DNA from: a virus
Taxonomy: Duplodnaviria; Caudoviricetes
Direction: 5' to 3' (one strand)
DNA length: 58,411 nucleotides
Virus record (IMG/VR): IMGVR_UViG_3300034072_001300
Location: 1 to 58,411 of that record
Every line of letters starts with the position of its first letter. The stretch's first letter is position 1. This document shows, in pieces, positions 29,216-40,208 of this stretch. The position numbers and the translations under genes are program-made. A model generated the notes under the pieces. It was not told where the DNA came from. It saw only the letters and a list, made by a program, of their open reading frames with translations, and did no database searches.

Positions 29216-29726
29216 TAAAAATATTAATCTAATAGTCGCTTGTGGAAACAATGGGCAAATAGGAAAAGATAATAAATTACTTTGGCACATTCCAGAAGAT
29301 TTTAAACATTTCAAAGAAAAAACAACAAATTCAGTAATAATTATGGGAAGAAATACTTATGAATCTTTACCAGGAATGTTACCAAATAGAACCCATATTG
29401 TCATTACATCTAAAGAATTGGAACAAAAAGATAATTTATACGCGGTGAAATCGATTGAAGAAGCAATTCATTTATCTAAAAAGTTGGTGTACTCCAAAGA
29501 TGAAGCTATTTGGGTTATTGGTGGTGCTCAAATATATAATGAATTTATTAAAAGAGATTTAATAAATAAAATATATTTAAGTTCAATAAATTATTCTGGT
29601 GATGCCGATGCATATTTTGATTTGAGATTTTTAAGTTCAGGTAGATATACTATAAAATCAGCTGAATATTTTGAGAAGAAAAACAATACACCTGAATGGT
29701 CATTAAAAATATATGAAAGGATATAA
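29193..29726 (+). CDS. frd: dihydrofolate reductase
   Basis: IG...LLWHIPEDFKHFK, MGRNTYESL, IGGAQIY. Confidence 0.95.
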   Translation: MRLKILSDKNINLIVACGNNGQIGKDNKLLWHIPEDFKHFKEKTTNSVIIMGRNTYESLPGMLPNRTHIVITSKELEQKDNLYAVKSIEEAIHLSKKLVYSKDEAIWVIGGAQIYNEFIKRDLINKIYLSSINYSGDADAYFDLRFLSSGRYTIKSAEYFEKKNNTPEWSLKIYERI

Positions 29727-30323
29727 ATGCAGGAAATGCAAGAAACTCCAAAAAATAGTTTGGAAGATAAAAATATTATTTTAGTAAATGGTTTACCTAG
29801 AGCAGGTAAAGATACATTTGCTGATTATATGTGTGAAAAATATGGTTTTGTTAAATTTAGTTTTGCAGATGAGTTGAAGGATATTGTTTGCAGAACATTT
29901 GATATTTCAAGAGAAGATTTAGATTATTTTAAGAATGATCAAATAGAACTTTGCTATAATAATGGTGGGAGATATGAAGAATTAATCAATTTCAGAGATT
30001 TATTAAGAAGATTTGGGACTGAAGGAATGAAACCTGCATTTGGTGATTCGGTTTGGGCAGATGTACTGTATAGAAAAATAGAACGATCAAAACACAAAAA
30101 TATAATTGTTCCTGATTTTAGATTTTTATGTGAATACAAAAATTTAGATAACATAAAAACGGTTCTTGTACAAGATGAAAGAGAGCTTCCAATTGAAGGG
30201 CACGCCTCTGATGTTGAACTGTATCAAAACAATTTTAAGTTTAATTATGTTTTATATAATAATAAAGATGAATCTTTCTTTAAAGAAATTGATAATTTAA
30301 CTAAAGAATTAATTAAAAATTAA
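29727..30323 (+). CDS. deoxynucleoside monophosphate kinase
   Basis: GLPRAGKDT, SFADELK, GTE, PDFRF, HASD. Confidence 0.85.
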   Translation: MQEMQETPKNSLEDKNIILVNGLPRAGKDTFADYMCEKYGFVKFSFADELKDIVCRTFDISREDLDYFKNDQIELCYNNGGRYEELINFRDLLRRFGTEGMKPAFGDSVWADVLYRKIERSKHKNIIVPDFRFLCEYKNLDNIKTVLVQDERELPIEGHASDVELYQNNFKFNYVLYNNKDESFFKEIDNLTKELIKN

Positions 30324-30370
30324 TAAAATGTTGTATATAATTATCCATATTTAAAATAAAGGAACATCAA

Positions 30371-30664
30371 ATGAAACAATTTAATGAAAAGATATTTAAA
30401 GAAGTTAAAAGAGATAGAATTACAACAAGTAATATTTTTAAATCTACATCAGGTAGTGATTTAACTAAAAAATTAGCAGAAGCAATTTTTAATACTGATA
30501 TAACAATTTATCCAAAATATAAATTAATTGACGCAGGAGGAACAATTTTAATTGAAACTTCTGCAGGTGAATTTAAGTCTTTGGGGTTACATCATATGTC
30601 AGAAGAAGGTGTTCTTTGTAATGATTTAGAAACATTCATTAAATGGGAAGATTTTTCAAAATAA
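30371..30664 (+). CDS. hypothetical protein
   Basis: promoter plus RBS. Confidence 0.6.
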   Translation: MKQFNEKIFKEVKRDRITTSNIFKSTSGSDLTKKLAEAIFNTDITIYPKYKLIDAGGTILIETSAGEFKSLGLHHMSEEGVLCNDLETFIKWEDFSK

Positions 30665-30685
30665 AATTAAAATAAAGGATTAAAT

Positions 30686-31057
30686 ATGTTTCCTACTATG
30701 TGGAGTTCTTTAGATAAGAATAAAAATGCATCAGCAGAAGACTTAAAAAAAGTTTCTGCATTTATGTTTTGCAGATGGTTGGCTGGTAATCCCAGTACAA
30801 TCAGAAAAGCAGCCGAATATAATATTTACCCTGATATTCCTGTTGAAAATATGTACTACAGCACAAAATATGAATTTGCTGGTAAAATTAGAAATATAAA
30901 ATGGGTAAAATCAGAAACAGAAGATATTGATCAAAATACAATTGATATGCTATGTACGCACTTTAAAATTTCTGTTGAAAAAGCAAAAGAATATATAAGC
31001 ATTATATCAATGGAAGAGTTGGAGTACTTAAAAGAATTATATAGGCCTAGAAAATGA
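30686..31057 (+). CDS. 62: clamp loader small subunit (gp62-like)
   Basis: FMFCRWL...IKWVK...ISVEKAKEYISII. Confidence 0.65.
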   Translation: MFPTMWSSLDKNKNASAEDLKKVSAFMFCRWLAGNPSTIRKAAEYNIYPDIPVENMYYSTKYEFAGKIRNIKWVKSETEDIDQNTIDMLCTHFKISVEKAKEYISIISMEELEYLKELYRPRK

Positions 31058-31236
31058 ATTATTCAAAAGAAGTTAGTGCATTTACGGGATCAATAATTTT
31101 GTGGGGTATGCTTTTAGGAAATATAACTTCTTGTGAACTATTAAATATTATCTTTATTTGTATTTTAGGATTTATTACTTCAATTTCATTAAATTGTGAA
31201 TCAAAAATGAATATAAATATTTTAAAAAGGAAATAA
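31054..31236 (+). CDS. small membrane protein
   Basis: two hydrophobic segments. Confidence 0.45.
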   Translation: MNYSKEVSAFTGSIILWGMLLGNITSCELLNIIFICILGFITSISLNCESKMNINILKRK

Positions 31237-31240
31237 ATGA

Positions 31241-32134
31241 ATGCTAGAAATAAATAAACCTTATGTGTATCGAATTAAAAATAAAACTACCGGTCAATTC
31301 TATTACGGCAGTAAATACTCAAAGGTTTGTTGTTATACAACATTTTGGAAAGACTACTTCACTAGTTCAGCAACAATTAGAAAATTAATTAAATTATATG
31401 GTAAAGATGATTGGGATATAAAAATATTAAAAACATATCAGACCGCTCGTGAAGCACTTTTAAATGAACAAAAATATATTAAAAGGTGTTTTAAAAGTAA
31501 ATATTCTTTAAATTTAAGATATTTTGAATACAATGGTGAATCTTTAGATGACTTAGATACTATAGAAAAAATGGTAATGACTAGAAAAATACCAGATGAA
31601 AATGGAAAAACTTCATATCTTATTGGGGGTAGAAAAACTGCTGATACTAAAAAATCAATCATTATGCCTGATGGGAGATCATTAATGCAAGTAACTGTTG
31701 ATAAAACTGCTCAAATTAGACACAATAGAGGTGATTATAAAAAATTATCTAAAGAAATGACCGGTGTAGGAAAGGGCATTTGTCCCGAAAGAAAAATCTG
31801 TGTGTATTGTGACGCTAACACGAATTTGGGAAATTATTTTAGATGGCATGGAGAAAACTGTAAAAAGAATCCAAATATAACTGAAGAACAATTAAAGAAA
31901 AGAGAACCTTGGAATAAGACTAAAGAAGATGGAACAACTAGAAAAGTCTCAGATGCAACTAGATTAAAGAATAAATTAGCTCAACAAAAACTTGTTAGTG
32001 CTTTTGATGTACAAACTTTAAAGTTTGTTAGAATAAATAAAGATATATTTAATGAATTCAAACATATTAGATATTATGGAACAACACATAGTAAAGTTAA
32101 GGAAATTTTAAAATTAAAGGAAATAAATGAATGA
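31241..32134 (+). CDS. GIY-YIG homing endonuclease
   Basis: PYVYRIKN...YYGSKY, YFTSS, ALLNE; CxxC...RWHGENC. Confidence 0.8.
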   Translation: MLEINKPYVYRIKNKTTGQFYYGSKYSKVCCYTTFWKDYFTSSATIRKLIKLYGKDDWDIKILKTYQTAREALLNEQKYIKRCFKSKYSLNLRYFEYNGESLDDLDTIEKMVMTRKIPDENGKTSYLIGGRKTADTKKSIIMPDGRSLMQVTVDKTAQIRHNRGDYKKLSKEMTGVGKGICPERKICVYCDANTNLGNYFRWHGENCKKNPNITEEQLKKREPWNKTKEDGTTRKVSDATRLKNKLAQQKLVSAFDVQTLKFVRINKDIFNEFKHIRYYGTTHSKVKEILKLKEINE

Positions 32135-33053
32135 TGAATTAATAATATTGTTACATTGTGATTGTGATGCCGCAGGATGTGCTTTAAATATAGAATATAA
32201 AATGCCAAATGTTAGGAAAAAATATTTCTATACAAATTATGGAGATTTACCAAAAAAAGTACAAGAGATAGAAGATTATATAAAACAACACGGAAATACA
32301 CACTGTTTAATGGCTGATGTATCTTGGAGTACACACCCAAATGAATTGCACATAATGTGCAATATGTTTCAAAAAATAACACTAATTGATCACCACTTGT
32401 ACCCAAATGGATTTTTTGATAACTATCCAAAACTGAAGGTCCATTGGGATAAAAGTAAATGTGCAACATTATTGTGTTATGAATATTTTAATAATCAAAA
32501 TGATAATCTTTATAAATTATCAAAATTAATTGATGTTTATGATATTTGGCAAGATTCACATCCAGCCTTTGATATTTCTCAAGACTTAAATAGATTCTTT
32601 TGGGAAATTGGAATGCAAAAATTTGTTGAAGATTGTATTTCTTCTGGATACACATTACCTTATTATTATAAATCTGTTGTTGATTCTATAACATCTAGAT
32701 ATACAGAAGCAATATTAAAATATGAAAATAGAAAGTTAATCCATAGAACAGATAAAATAACTCTTGCGTTTGTTGACGATTGGTTCAATGAAATTTTAGT
32801 TCAAGAAATGAAAAATGGGAAAGACTTTGTTATTAATGGGACATCATTTGGTATTATGAAAATAAGAATAAACAATAAAGCAAATATCACACCTGAAATG
32901 AAAGATAATTTAAGAATAGCTTTGGTTGGTACAAAAGACATTGGTCATGCTAATGCTTTTACATATAAAATGAAAAAATCTGTTTCATTTGAAAATATAA
33001 TGAATGAAATGAAACACATTGTTCAAAATATTAATGATATATGTTATAAATAA
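32127..33053 (+). CDS. DHH-family phosphoesterase
   Basis: HCDCD, ADVS, IDHH, GHANA. Confidence 0.8.
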   Translation: MNDELIILLHCDCDAAGCALNIEYKMPNVRKKYFYTNYGDLPKKVQEIEDYIKQHGNTHCLMADVSWSTHPNELHIMCNMFQKITLIDHHLYPNGFFDNYPKLKVHWDKSKCATLLCYEYFNNQNDNLYKLSKLIDVYDIWQDSHPAFDISQDLNRFFWEIGMQKFVEDCISSGYTLPYYYKSVVDSITSRYTEAILKYENRKLIHRTDKITLAFVDDWFNEILVQEMKNGKDFVINGTSFGIMKIRINNKANITPEMKDNLRIALVGTKDIGHANAFTYKMKKSVSFENIMNEMKHIVQNINDICYK

Positions 33054-33181
33054 AGGATAAATATGAAGAATAAATTAATTATTGGGACTGCTATTATATT
33101 AACTATGTTGTGTGGGATATTTATATCAATAATAAATGAACCCATAATTATTGATTCGATTAAAAATTCAATACAGGATAA

Positions 33182-33388
33182 ATGATGGCTGAAATTAATC
33201 CAGAATATATAAATCATTTAGAAAAACAACTACATTCTGCCAAAATAATGCATTTTAAGAAGGTTCAAGAAATAAATGAAATTTTAAAATTCATTGAAAG
33301 TACTGAAACAGAATTAATCAAAATAAAACCTAAAAAATCTACTGAAACATTGGAACTTTCTGATAATTTAGAATGTTCTGATATCTAA
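33182..33388 (+). CDS. hypothetical protein
   Basis: RBS, 68 aa. Confidence 0.5.
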   Translation: MMAEINPEYINHLEKQLHSAKIMHFKKVQEINEILKFIESTETELIKIKPKKSTETLELSDNLECSDI

Positions 33389-33395
33389 TCTTAAA

Positions 33396-33417
33396 ATTCC
33401 GAGAAAAACCTCGGAAT
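33396..33417. terminator. hairpin
   Basis: attccgag-aaaaac-ctcggaat. Confidence 0.5.
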
Positions 33418-33502
33418 ATCACAAAATAAAATCATTTAAACATACTTTAATACAGCTTTAATAAACTATAATATATAATAAAGAAAAAATAAAAGGAGAC
33501 TT

Positions 33503-36156
33503 ATGTTTGGAATTATAATATTTGGAATTATATTTTCCGTTGGATTAATGGCGATTATTTTCACGGCATTATATGTTATTCTAACAAAAAGAAAAAAGGA
33601 ACTAAATACTAAGTTCGTTGTGGTGTTATCTTCTATTTTAATAATAGTATCATTTTGGTTATCATATAAGATGTTTACAGAAATGATCTGGTATAATTAT
33701 GATAGTAAATATACTGCATCAAAGGGATTATTATTTAAAGATACATTAATGCTTTCAGAGCACAAATTAATTGGTTCTTCTGATTACATTATATTTAAAA
33801 TAGATATGTACAGTCGTTCTGACAGACAATTGGAAGTTATAAATGTTATCCAAAATGAAAATAAAACAAAGGATATTAAATGAAGGAGTTAATTGGCAAA
33901 AAAGTAAAAATTCAAAAAGATTTTGAATTTACTAGAATTCTAGCTGCTTTACAAAACTTAAATATAGATACAAAATTAATTTCGGATAAATTTGAACTTC
34001 ATAGTTTATTTTTTAAAGAGAATGAAACATTATTTCTTTTAAATAAGTCAATATCTGATGCAGAATTTGAAAATGCTGATTTTGAAGAAATTAATTTTGA
34101 AGATTTTTTAAAAATGATTGATATACAAAATAAAGAATCTGGGATATCTAAATATAATTCAGATGATTTTATTCATATAAAATATAATTCTGAAAATTTT
34201 TTATTTAATAAGAAAGAAATTTCATATTTGCATTATAAAGAAAAAGAAAAAATTTTAACTATTAATCTTTGTAATAAAGATAATATTAGATTAACGTCAA
34301 TCTCGGAAGAAGATTATCTAAACATTAGGAAATTATTTTAATGTTTAGTTTTAGTTTAATTTATGCAACACAAGATGGTGCAATTACTGATGAAGTTTAT
34401 GTGTATAATTTGTTTGATTCTTGTCTTTTTAAAACAAAGGTATTTAATAGATTTAGTCGAGAAAATATTAATATCACTATTACAGAATTAAAAGGCAAAA
34501 ATTGGGATTTTGCATTAAAAACATTTGTTGAAGTAAAACAACAAATTAAAATTTAATTTAGCTTTAATATTCTTTGGTATATAATACTTATTATTAAAAT
34601 AAAAGGATAAATGAATGAATAGAACATTAGAAGAAATTACGGAAATATCAACAGAATATAAAGTAATGTGCACAAATTATGATATAGAAACAAAATTTTG
34701 GGTTAGATTATATGGTTCTATATATTATGATGTTATTCTTAATTCTGATGAATTAAACAAAATAAAAGAAACTTTAAAACAAAAAGAGTTCTAATGCAAG
34801 TATATGATTCTAAAGAACTTTTTGATATTTTATGCAGTGAAACATTTAAACTTGTATCAATTAAATCTCCTAACGCAAATAATATAACACAAAGACATAG
34901 TGGAAATTGTAATTTTTTTAAATGCGAATCTGATTTAGAAATATTACAATGTGAAATTATTTTTAGAAAAGATACAGATTTTTATGAAGTTTCAGCAACA
35001 TTAGAATTATTAACAAGTTATGATGACGGTAATGTTTATTATGTAAACAAGATTATGAATATTGAATGTTATACTTTTAAAGATATGGTACAAACAATTT
35101 TTGGACAAAAAGAAAGAATAAAAATATGATATTATTAACAATATAATTAATAAGAACTTTAATAAATCTTTAAACAAAATAAGTATATAATTTATTATAT
35201 AAAGGATTGAATATGAAAAACCCAGATAAATTTACTTATAAAATTAAATTCTATAAAAAACAATATAAAACAATAGCAGTTTCAGATATTGAAGCTATTT
35301 CACATATTGCGTATATTATTATGAAAGAATATTCTTGCACTTTTGAACATGCTAAAAGTAAATTAGAAATTGTTGGAAAATCATTTCACTCAAAAGGCGA
35401 ATATAAAAACAGAAAGAAAGATTTTAATAAAATAAATGAATTATATTCTGAATTATATTTAGAACAAGCAAAAGAATATGAAAATCAAATAAAGGAAATA
35501 TTGTGAAAGATAAATTATTTACCATAAAACTAAATAGAAAAGAATTGGCTGCTTTGGCAGTGTTTAAACCTGAATTACAACAAATTTTAGATGATTATGA
35601 TAATCATTATAACATATATGTTGATAAAATTATGCACTTATTTGGTGTTTTAAAGTATTTATCAGAAAAATCTATTAAAGATGAGTTGTCAAAAATAAGA
35701 TTATTAAGAAATTTATTATGTGATTATTTCTTTTTAGATAGTACTAAAAATTTTATTTCAGAGTTTTTCTTAAATAATTCAGATTATTGTAAATTTATTG
35801 GGTACATAGATTCTATTTATAGAGTAACATTAGATATAATAGAGAATGATTTATCAGATGAAGAATTATTAGATTATCAAATTCTATTTAAAGAATATTT
35901 AGAAGATTTATCAGAATTAAAATTAACAGAATAAGGAATTAAAATGAGTAGTAAAAAAGAAAAACAAGAGATGACCGAGAAAAGATTTTTAAATTATAAA
36001 GATGAAAGATATGAAGTAACAAATGTATTTTCACATCAACAAAGAGATTATATTACAATAGATGTTAAAGATACAGAAGGGAATCCTTATACAATTTGTG
36101 ATGTGAATGATTCATTATACAAGAAGATAGAAAAAATAAAAGTTCCAAAGAATTAA
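33503..36156 (+). other. block of small early hypothetical genes (33503 membrane protein, 33880, 34341, 34794, 35207, 35503, 35944)
   Basis: co-oriented coupled ORFs with RBSs and promoters near 33457, 34561, 35169. Confidence 0.65.
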
Positions 36157-36157
36157 A

Positions 36158-36423
36158 GTGAAAAATATTTTAAAATTAGTTTTAGTACTAAGTGCTGTTT
36201 TTGCGATTTTTGTTTTAACTGGTTGCACAGAAAAAGATAAAACCGAAGTATTACTCAAAAACAAGGATATACTCATATAACAACGGATGGTTATTCTTTC
36301 TTTGGTTGTTCTAAAGGTGATACTTTTAGAACAAAATTTTATGCAAAAAGCTCAACAGGAGAAACAATCAGCGGTGTTGCTTGTAGTGGTTGGTTAAAAG
36401 GAACAACTTTAAGATTTGACTAA
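36158..36423 (+). pseudogene. frameshifted lipoprotein gene
   Basis: lipobox LTGC in one frame; QGYTHITTDGYSFFGCSKGD...VACSGWLKGTTLRFD in another; A5 run at 36257-36261. Confidence 0.7.
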
Positions 36424-36436
36424 AATTTAATACTAC

Positions 36437-36459
36437 TTTAATATTCTTTTGTATATAAT
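36437..36459 (+). promoter_or_regulatory. early promoter TTTAATATTCTTTTGTATATAAT
   Basis: near-identical copies at 34563, 43677, 45195, 48802, 52601, 56600. Confidence 0.8.
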
Positions 36460-36486
36460 TAATATAAATTAAAAAGGGAAGATAAT

Positions 36487-37071
36487 ATGATTAAATTTAC
36501 TGATTGGTTAAAAGAAAAAGAATTAACGGAAATGCCAAGATATATTGATCACGAATATTTAGATTTTAAACCTATGAAGGATTTAGGTATGACTGGTTTA
36601 GAAAAAACTTGGCAACAATTAGAAGTAAAATTCATTGGAAATAAAAAGAATGATTCACTGTGTTTTGTAAAAAAGAGTAAATCTATAGCAGTTATTGGTT
36701 TAACTGTTTGGGATGATAATTATAAGTGCTGGAATTTAGAAGTGGCTAGTTATGTTAAACTTGAAAAAACACCAATAACAGGAGATCACTATAAAGTTAT
36801 TGGTGTTTTTACAAAAGAAGATTATAGATTAGAAAAATATACATTAACATTATATTATACATTAATAAAGAACGGAATTAAGTTGTGTTCTGATAATGAA
36901 CAATATCAAGGTGCTAAATATTTATGGAAAGCATTATCTAGAATAACACCAATTGAAATTTATGATGAATTAAACAATACTTATAAAGATTACTCTTTTG
37001 TGAACACAAAAGATGAAGAAGTATGGAGTAAAAATTATTCAAAATATGATATTGTTTTAAGAAGTAAATAA
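36487..37071 (+). CDS. GNAT-like protein, paralog 3 (degenerate motif A), with leader
   Basis: SDNEQYQGAKYLWKAL, EVWS; leader MIKFTDWLKEKELTE. Confidence 0.55.
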   Translation: MIKFTDWLKEKELTEMPRYIDHEYLDFKPMKDLGMTGLEKTWQQLEVKFIGNKKNDSLCFVKKSKSIAVIGLTVWDDNYKCWNLEVASYVKLEKTPITGDHYKVIGVFTKEDYRLEKYTLTLYYTLIKNGIKLCSDNEQYQGAKYLWKALSRITPIEIYDELNNTYKDYSFVNTKDEEVWSKNYSKYDIVLRSK

Positions 37072-37120
37072 TTTACAACCGAAATGTTGTAAAACTAAAT
37101 ATTATCTAAGGAGTTTAGAA

Positions 37121-38566
37121 ATGCAAAATATTAAAAATTTTGAAGAAAATAGAGTTATGCTAAGTGATTCTTACAAGTACAGTCACTATTTACAATATCC
37201 AAAAAGAACTGTAAATATGTATGATTATGCTGAAGCACGAAGCTTAAAAGAATATGATAAAACATTGTTCTTTGGTTTACAAATGATGTGGAAAAAGTAT
37301 TTTACTAAAAAAATAACAATTAAAGAAGTTGATGAAGCATCTATGTATGCTAAAGCTCACGGAATTCCGTTTAATTTAAAGGGTTGGAAAAGAATTGTTA
37401 GAAAGTACAAAGGTAGATTACCTGTTACTATTAAAGCTGTTCCAGAGGGAACTGTTATTCCGAATAAAATGGTTTTATTCACGGTTGAATTAACAATAAA
37501 TGATAAAGAAATTTTTTGGTTACCTTCTTGGTTAGAAACATTCTTAATGAAAGTTTGGTATACTTGTAATGTTGCCACAAGAAGTTATTTTGTTAAAGAA
37601 ATGTTATTAGAACAAGGAAAATTAACATCTGATAATTCATTTGTTGATTTCCAATTTCATAATTTTGGGGATAGAGGTTCAAGTTCGGTAGAATCTGCTG
37701 CTTTTGGTGGAGTTGCTCACTTAGCTTGTTTCAAAGGGACAGATAATTTTAATTGTTTAAGATATGCTCATTTACTTATGAATGAACCTATTGAAAATAT
37801 TGCATATAGTATCGCTGCATCAGAACATAGCTCAACAACAGCTTGGGCAAAAGATGGTGAATTTGATATGGTTATGAACCATTTAGAAAACAATAAAGGT
37901 AACCCTTTAATGGCTTCAGTTGCTGATTCATATGATGTATTTAATTTTACGGATAAAGTAACATCGGGTGAATTTAAAAGAAAAATTGAATCTGATGAAT
38001 ATCCAAAATTCATTGAAAGACCAGATAGTGGTTATGCACCTGATATTATTTCGGAGATGTTAAATATTCATGAGAAAAATGAAGTGAAATTCACTGAAAA
38101 TTCAAAAGGTTATAAAACATTTGATAAGTATGGCTTTATTTGGGGTGATGGTATTAAAATGAATACTATGGTTGATATTTTGACTACTCTTAGATTAAGA
38201 ATGTATTCAACTGAAAATCAAGCATTTGGATCAGGCGGTTGGTTAATGCAACAACACGATAGAGATACTTTAGGTTTTGCTATTAAATGCAGTAATATTA
38301 CTTTAGAAGATGGTTCAGAAATTGAAGTTTATAAAGATCCAATCACAGATCCGGGTAAAAAATCTAAAAAAGGTAAAGTTACAACATATTTTAATAGAGC
38401 AACAGATGAATTCTTTGTGGATATTATTGGTAATGAATCAATTGATTGTCCAGAAGTTCTTGAAACAGTTATTGAAAATGGAATTCTTGTAAAAGAAGTT
38501 ACATTATCTGAAGTTAGAAATAGAGTTGATAAACAATTGGCCGGTATTAAATTTGGGAATTTATAA
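37121..38566 (+). CDS. nadV: nicotinamide phosphoribosyltransferase (NAMPT)
   Basis: DSYKYSH, HNFGDRG, GTDN, ASEHS, DSYD, RPDSG, GDG, KSKKG. Confidence 0.95.
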   Translation: MQNIKNFEENRVMLSDSYKYSHYLQYPKRTVNMYDYAEARSLKEYDKTLFFGLQMMWKKYFTKKITIKEVDEASMYAKAHGIPFNLKGWKRIVRKYKGRLPVTIKAVPEGTVIPNKMVLFTVELTINDKEIFWLPSWLETFLMKVWYTCNVATRSYFVKEMLLEQGKLTSDNSFVDFQFHNFGDRGSSSVESAAFGGVAHLACFKGTDNFNCLRYAHLLMNEPIENIAYSIAASEHSSTTAWAKDGEFDMVMNHLENNKGNPLMASVADSYDVFNFTDKVTSGEFKRKIESDEYPKFIERPDSGYAPDIISEMLNIHEKNEVKFTENSKGYKTFDKYGFIWGDGIKMNTMVDILTTLRLRMYSTENQAFGSGGWLMQQHDRDTLGFAIKCSNITLEDGSEIEVYKDPITDPGKKSKKGKVTTYFNRATDEFFVDIIGNESIDCPEVLETVIENGILVKEVTLSEVRNRVDKQLAGIKFGNL

Positions 38567-38769
38567 TGTTATTAAGTGAATTAATTGAAAAATTACAAAA
38601 AATTCAATCGGAATATGATAAAGATTTAGAAATAATAACAATTGCAGAAATTGGAGTTGTTACTATTAATAAAGTGCTTGAAGCATATACAGATGATGAA
38701 GATGAGTTAATAACTTTAGATGAAGATAATGAAATTGAAGTAAATTCAGTTTTTCTATCTTGGAATTAA
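38566..38769 (+). CDS. small acidic hypothetical protein
   Basis: TAATG coupling to NAMPT. Confidence 0.55.
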   Translation: MLLSELIEKLQKIQSEYDKDLEIITIAEIGVVTINKVLEAYTDDEDELITLDEDNEIEVNSVFLSWN

Positions 38770-39122
38770 TTTTATTTTAAGTGATTTTTATATATAATTA
38801 TTATATTAAAATAAAAAGGGTATAAAATGATTTCAGGATTTTTTAAAGCAACATTAAAAATACATCAAGTCATAGATTAATTGAAAACCATTATTTATTT
38901 GGTTGGATGATGTAATAGAAGATAAAATTCATTTAAAGGGATATTTGATAGGTACAAAATTTTATGATGATTGTACATTGTCTTTAGCTGATAAAAATGA
39001 CGCTGATTTTATAAAATATTTTGGAAGTGATTTAGTTCAAATTCAAAAAGATATTGATAAATTAGAATTATTAAAATCTAGATTATCACAAGCATTAAAA
39101 TAATATAATTAGGGAGACTAAT

Positions 39123-40181
39123 ATGAAAAAGAAAAAAGTAGCAATCTACATTGGTAGATTTGCTCCACCACACAAGGGGCATGAAGAAACAATCCAATAT
39201 TGTTTAAATAAATATGATGAAACTATAGTTTTTATTGGTTCACAAAATAAAAGAAGAACTTTAAAAAACCCATTTAAAGTAGATAATATTATAAAATGGA
39301 TATATAGATCTGTTAATTTTAATGACAGATTAATATGTAAGTCTATTAATGACTATTTATATTCTGATAATAAATGGATAGCACAAATTGAAGATTATGT
39401 GTATTCAATATTTAATAAAGATGAGTATGAATTTACAATTGTTGGTCATATCAAAGATGATTCAAGTTATTATTTAAGAATATTTCCAACTTGGAAAGTA
39501 GATTTAACACCTGAATTTGATAATGGTATTTCAGCAACAGATATTAGAAACATTATTTTTATGGAAGATGAAAGACATTTTGAAGTTCTTTTTGAACACA
39601 ATTGTAAACCGCATTTATCTGATAATGTTGCAAATGATATAATTGAATTCAGAAAAACACAAGAATTTAAAGATTTAATGCAAGAACAAACGTATTTTCA
39701 AAAAGAAGATGCTAAATTTGCAAATTATCCTTATAAAGATACTTTAAAATTTAACTGCTCAGATGCTGTCGTCGTTTGTGATGGTAATGTGCTTTTAATC
39801 GAAAGAACAAGAGCACCAGGAAAAGGAACTTGGGCATTACCAGGAGGTTTTGTTAATAAAAATGAAACTTATGAACAAGCCGCAATTAGAGAATTATTTG
39901 AAGAAACTTGTTTAAAGGTTCCTGAAAAGGTTTTAAAAGGTTCATTAAAAAGAAGTAAAATTTTCGATAGTCCTAAAAGAAATGAAGGGATTCCTAGAAT
40001 TACAAATGCATTTTACTTTGAAATTCAACCAGATTATAAAAATGGTTATCCTAAATTACCAAAAGTAAAAGGTTCCGATGATGCGGTTAATGCTAAATGG
40101 TTCAGCTTAGCTGAAGTAAGACATATGACATTATTTGATGATCACGCAGACATAATTGATTATTTCACGAATTCATATTAG
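39123..40181 (+). CDS. nadM: bifunctional NMN adenylyltransferase / Nudix ADP-ribose pyrophosphatase
   Basis: GRFAPPHKGH, ISATDIR, Nudix box GGFVNKNETYEQAAIRELFEET. Confidence 0.95.
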   Translation: MKKKKVAIYIGRFAPPHKGHEETIQYCLNKYDETIVFIGSQNKRRTLKNPFKVDNIIKWIYRSVNFNDRLICKSINDYLYSDNKWIAQIEDYVYSIFNKDEYEFTIVGHIKDDSSYYLRIFPTWKVDLTPEFDNGISATDIRNIIFMEDERHFEVLFEHNCKPHLSDNVANDIIEFRKTQEFKDLMQEQTYFQKEDAKFANYPYKDTLKFNCSDAVVVCDGNVLLIERTRAPGKGTWALPGGFVNKNETYEQAAIRELFEETCLKVPEKVLKGSLKRSKIFDSPKRNEGIPRITNAFYFEIQPDYKNGYPKLPKVKGSDDAVNAKWFSLAEVRHMTLFDDHADIIDYFTNSY

Positions 40182-40189
40182 TATAAATA
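40182..40189 (+). promoter_or_regulatory. late promoter TATAAATA
   Basis: directly upstream of leader-bearing 40209. Confidence 0.6.
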
Positions 40190-40208
40190 ATTAAAAAGGG
40201 GGAAGTTA

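Noticed and set aside
38827-39103. ORF between NAMPT and NMNAT
   Set aside because: ATG 38827 frame stops early and the 38903 ORF lacks a good start; possible broken gene, not assignable
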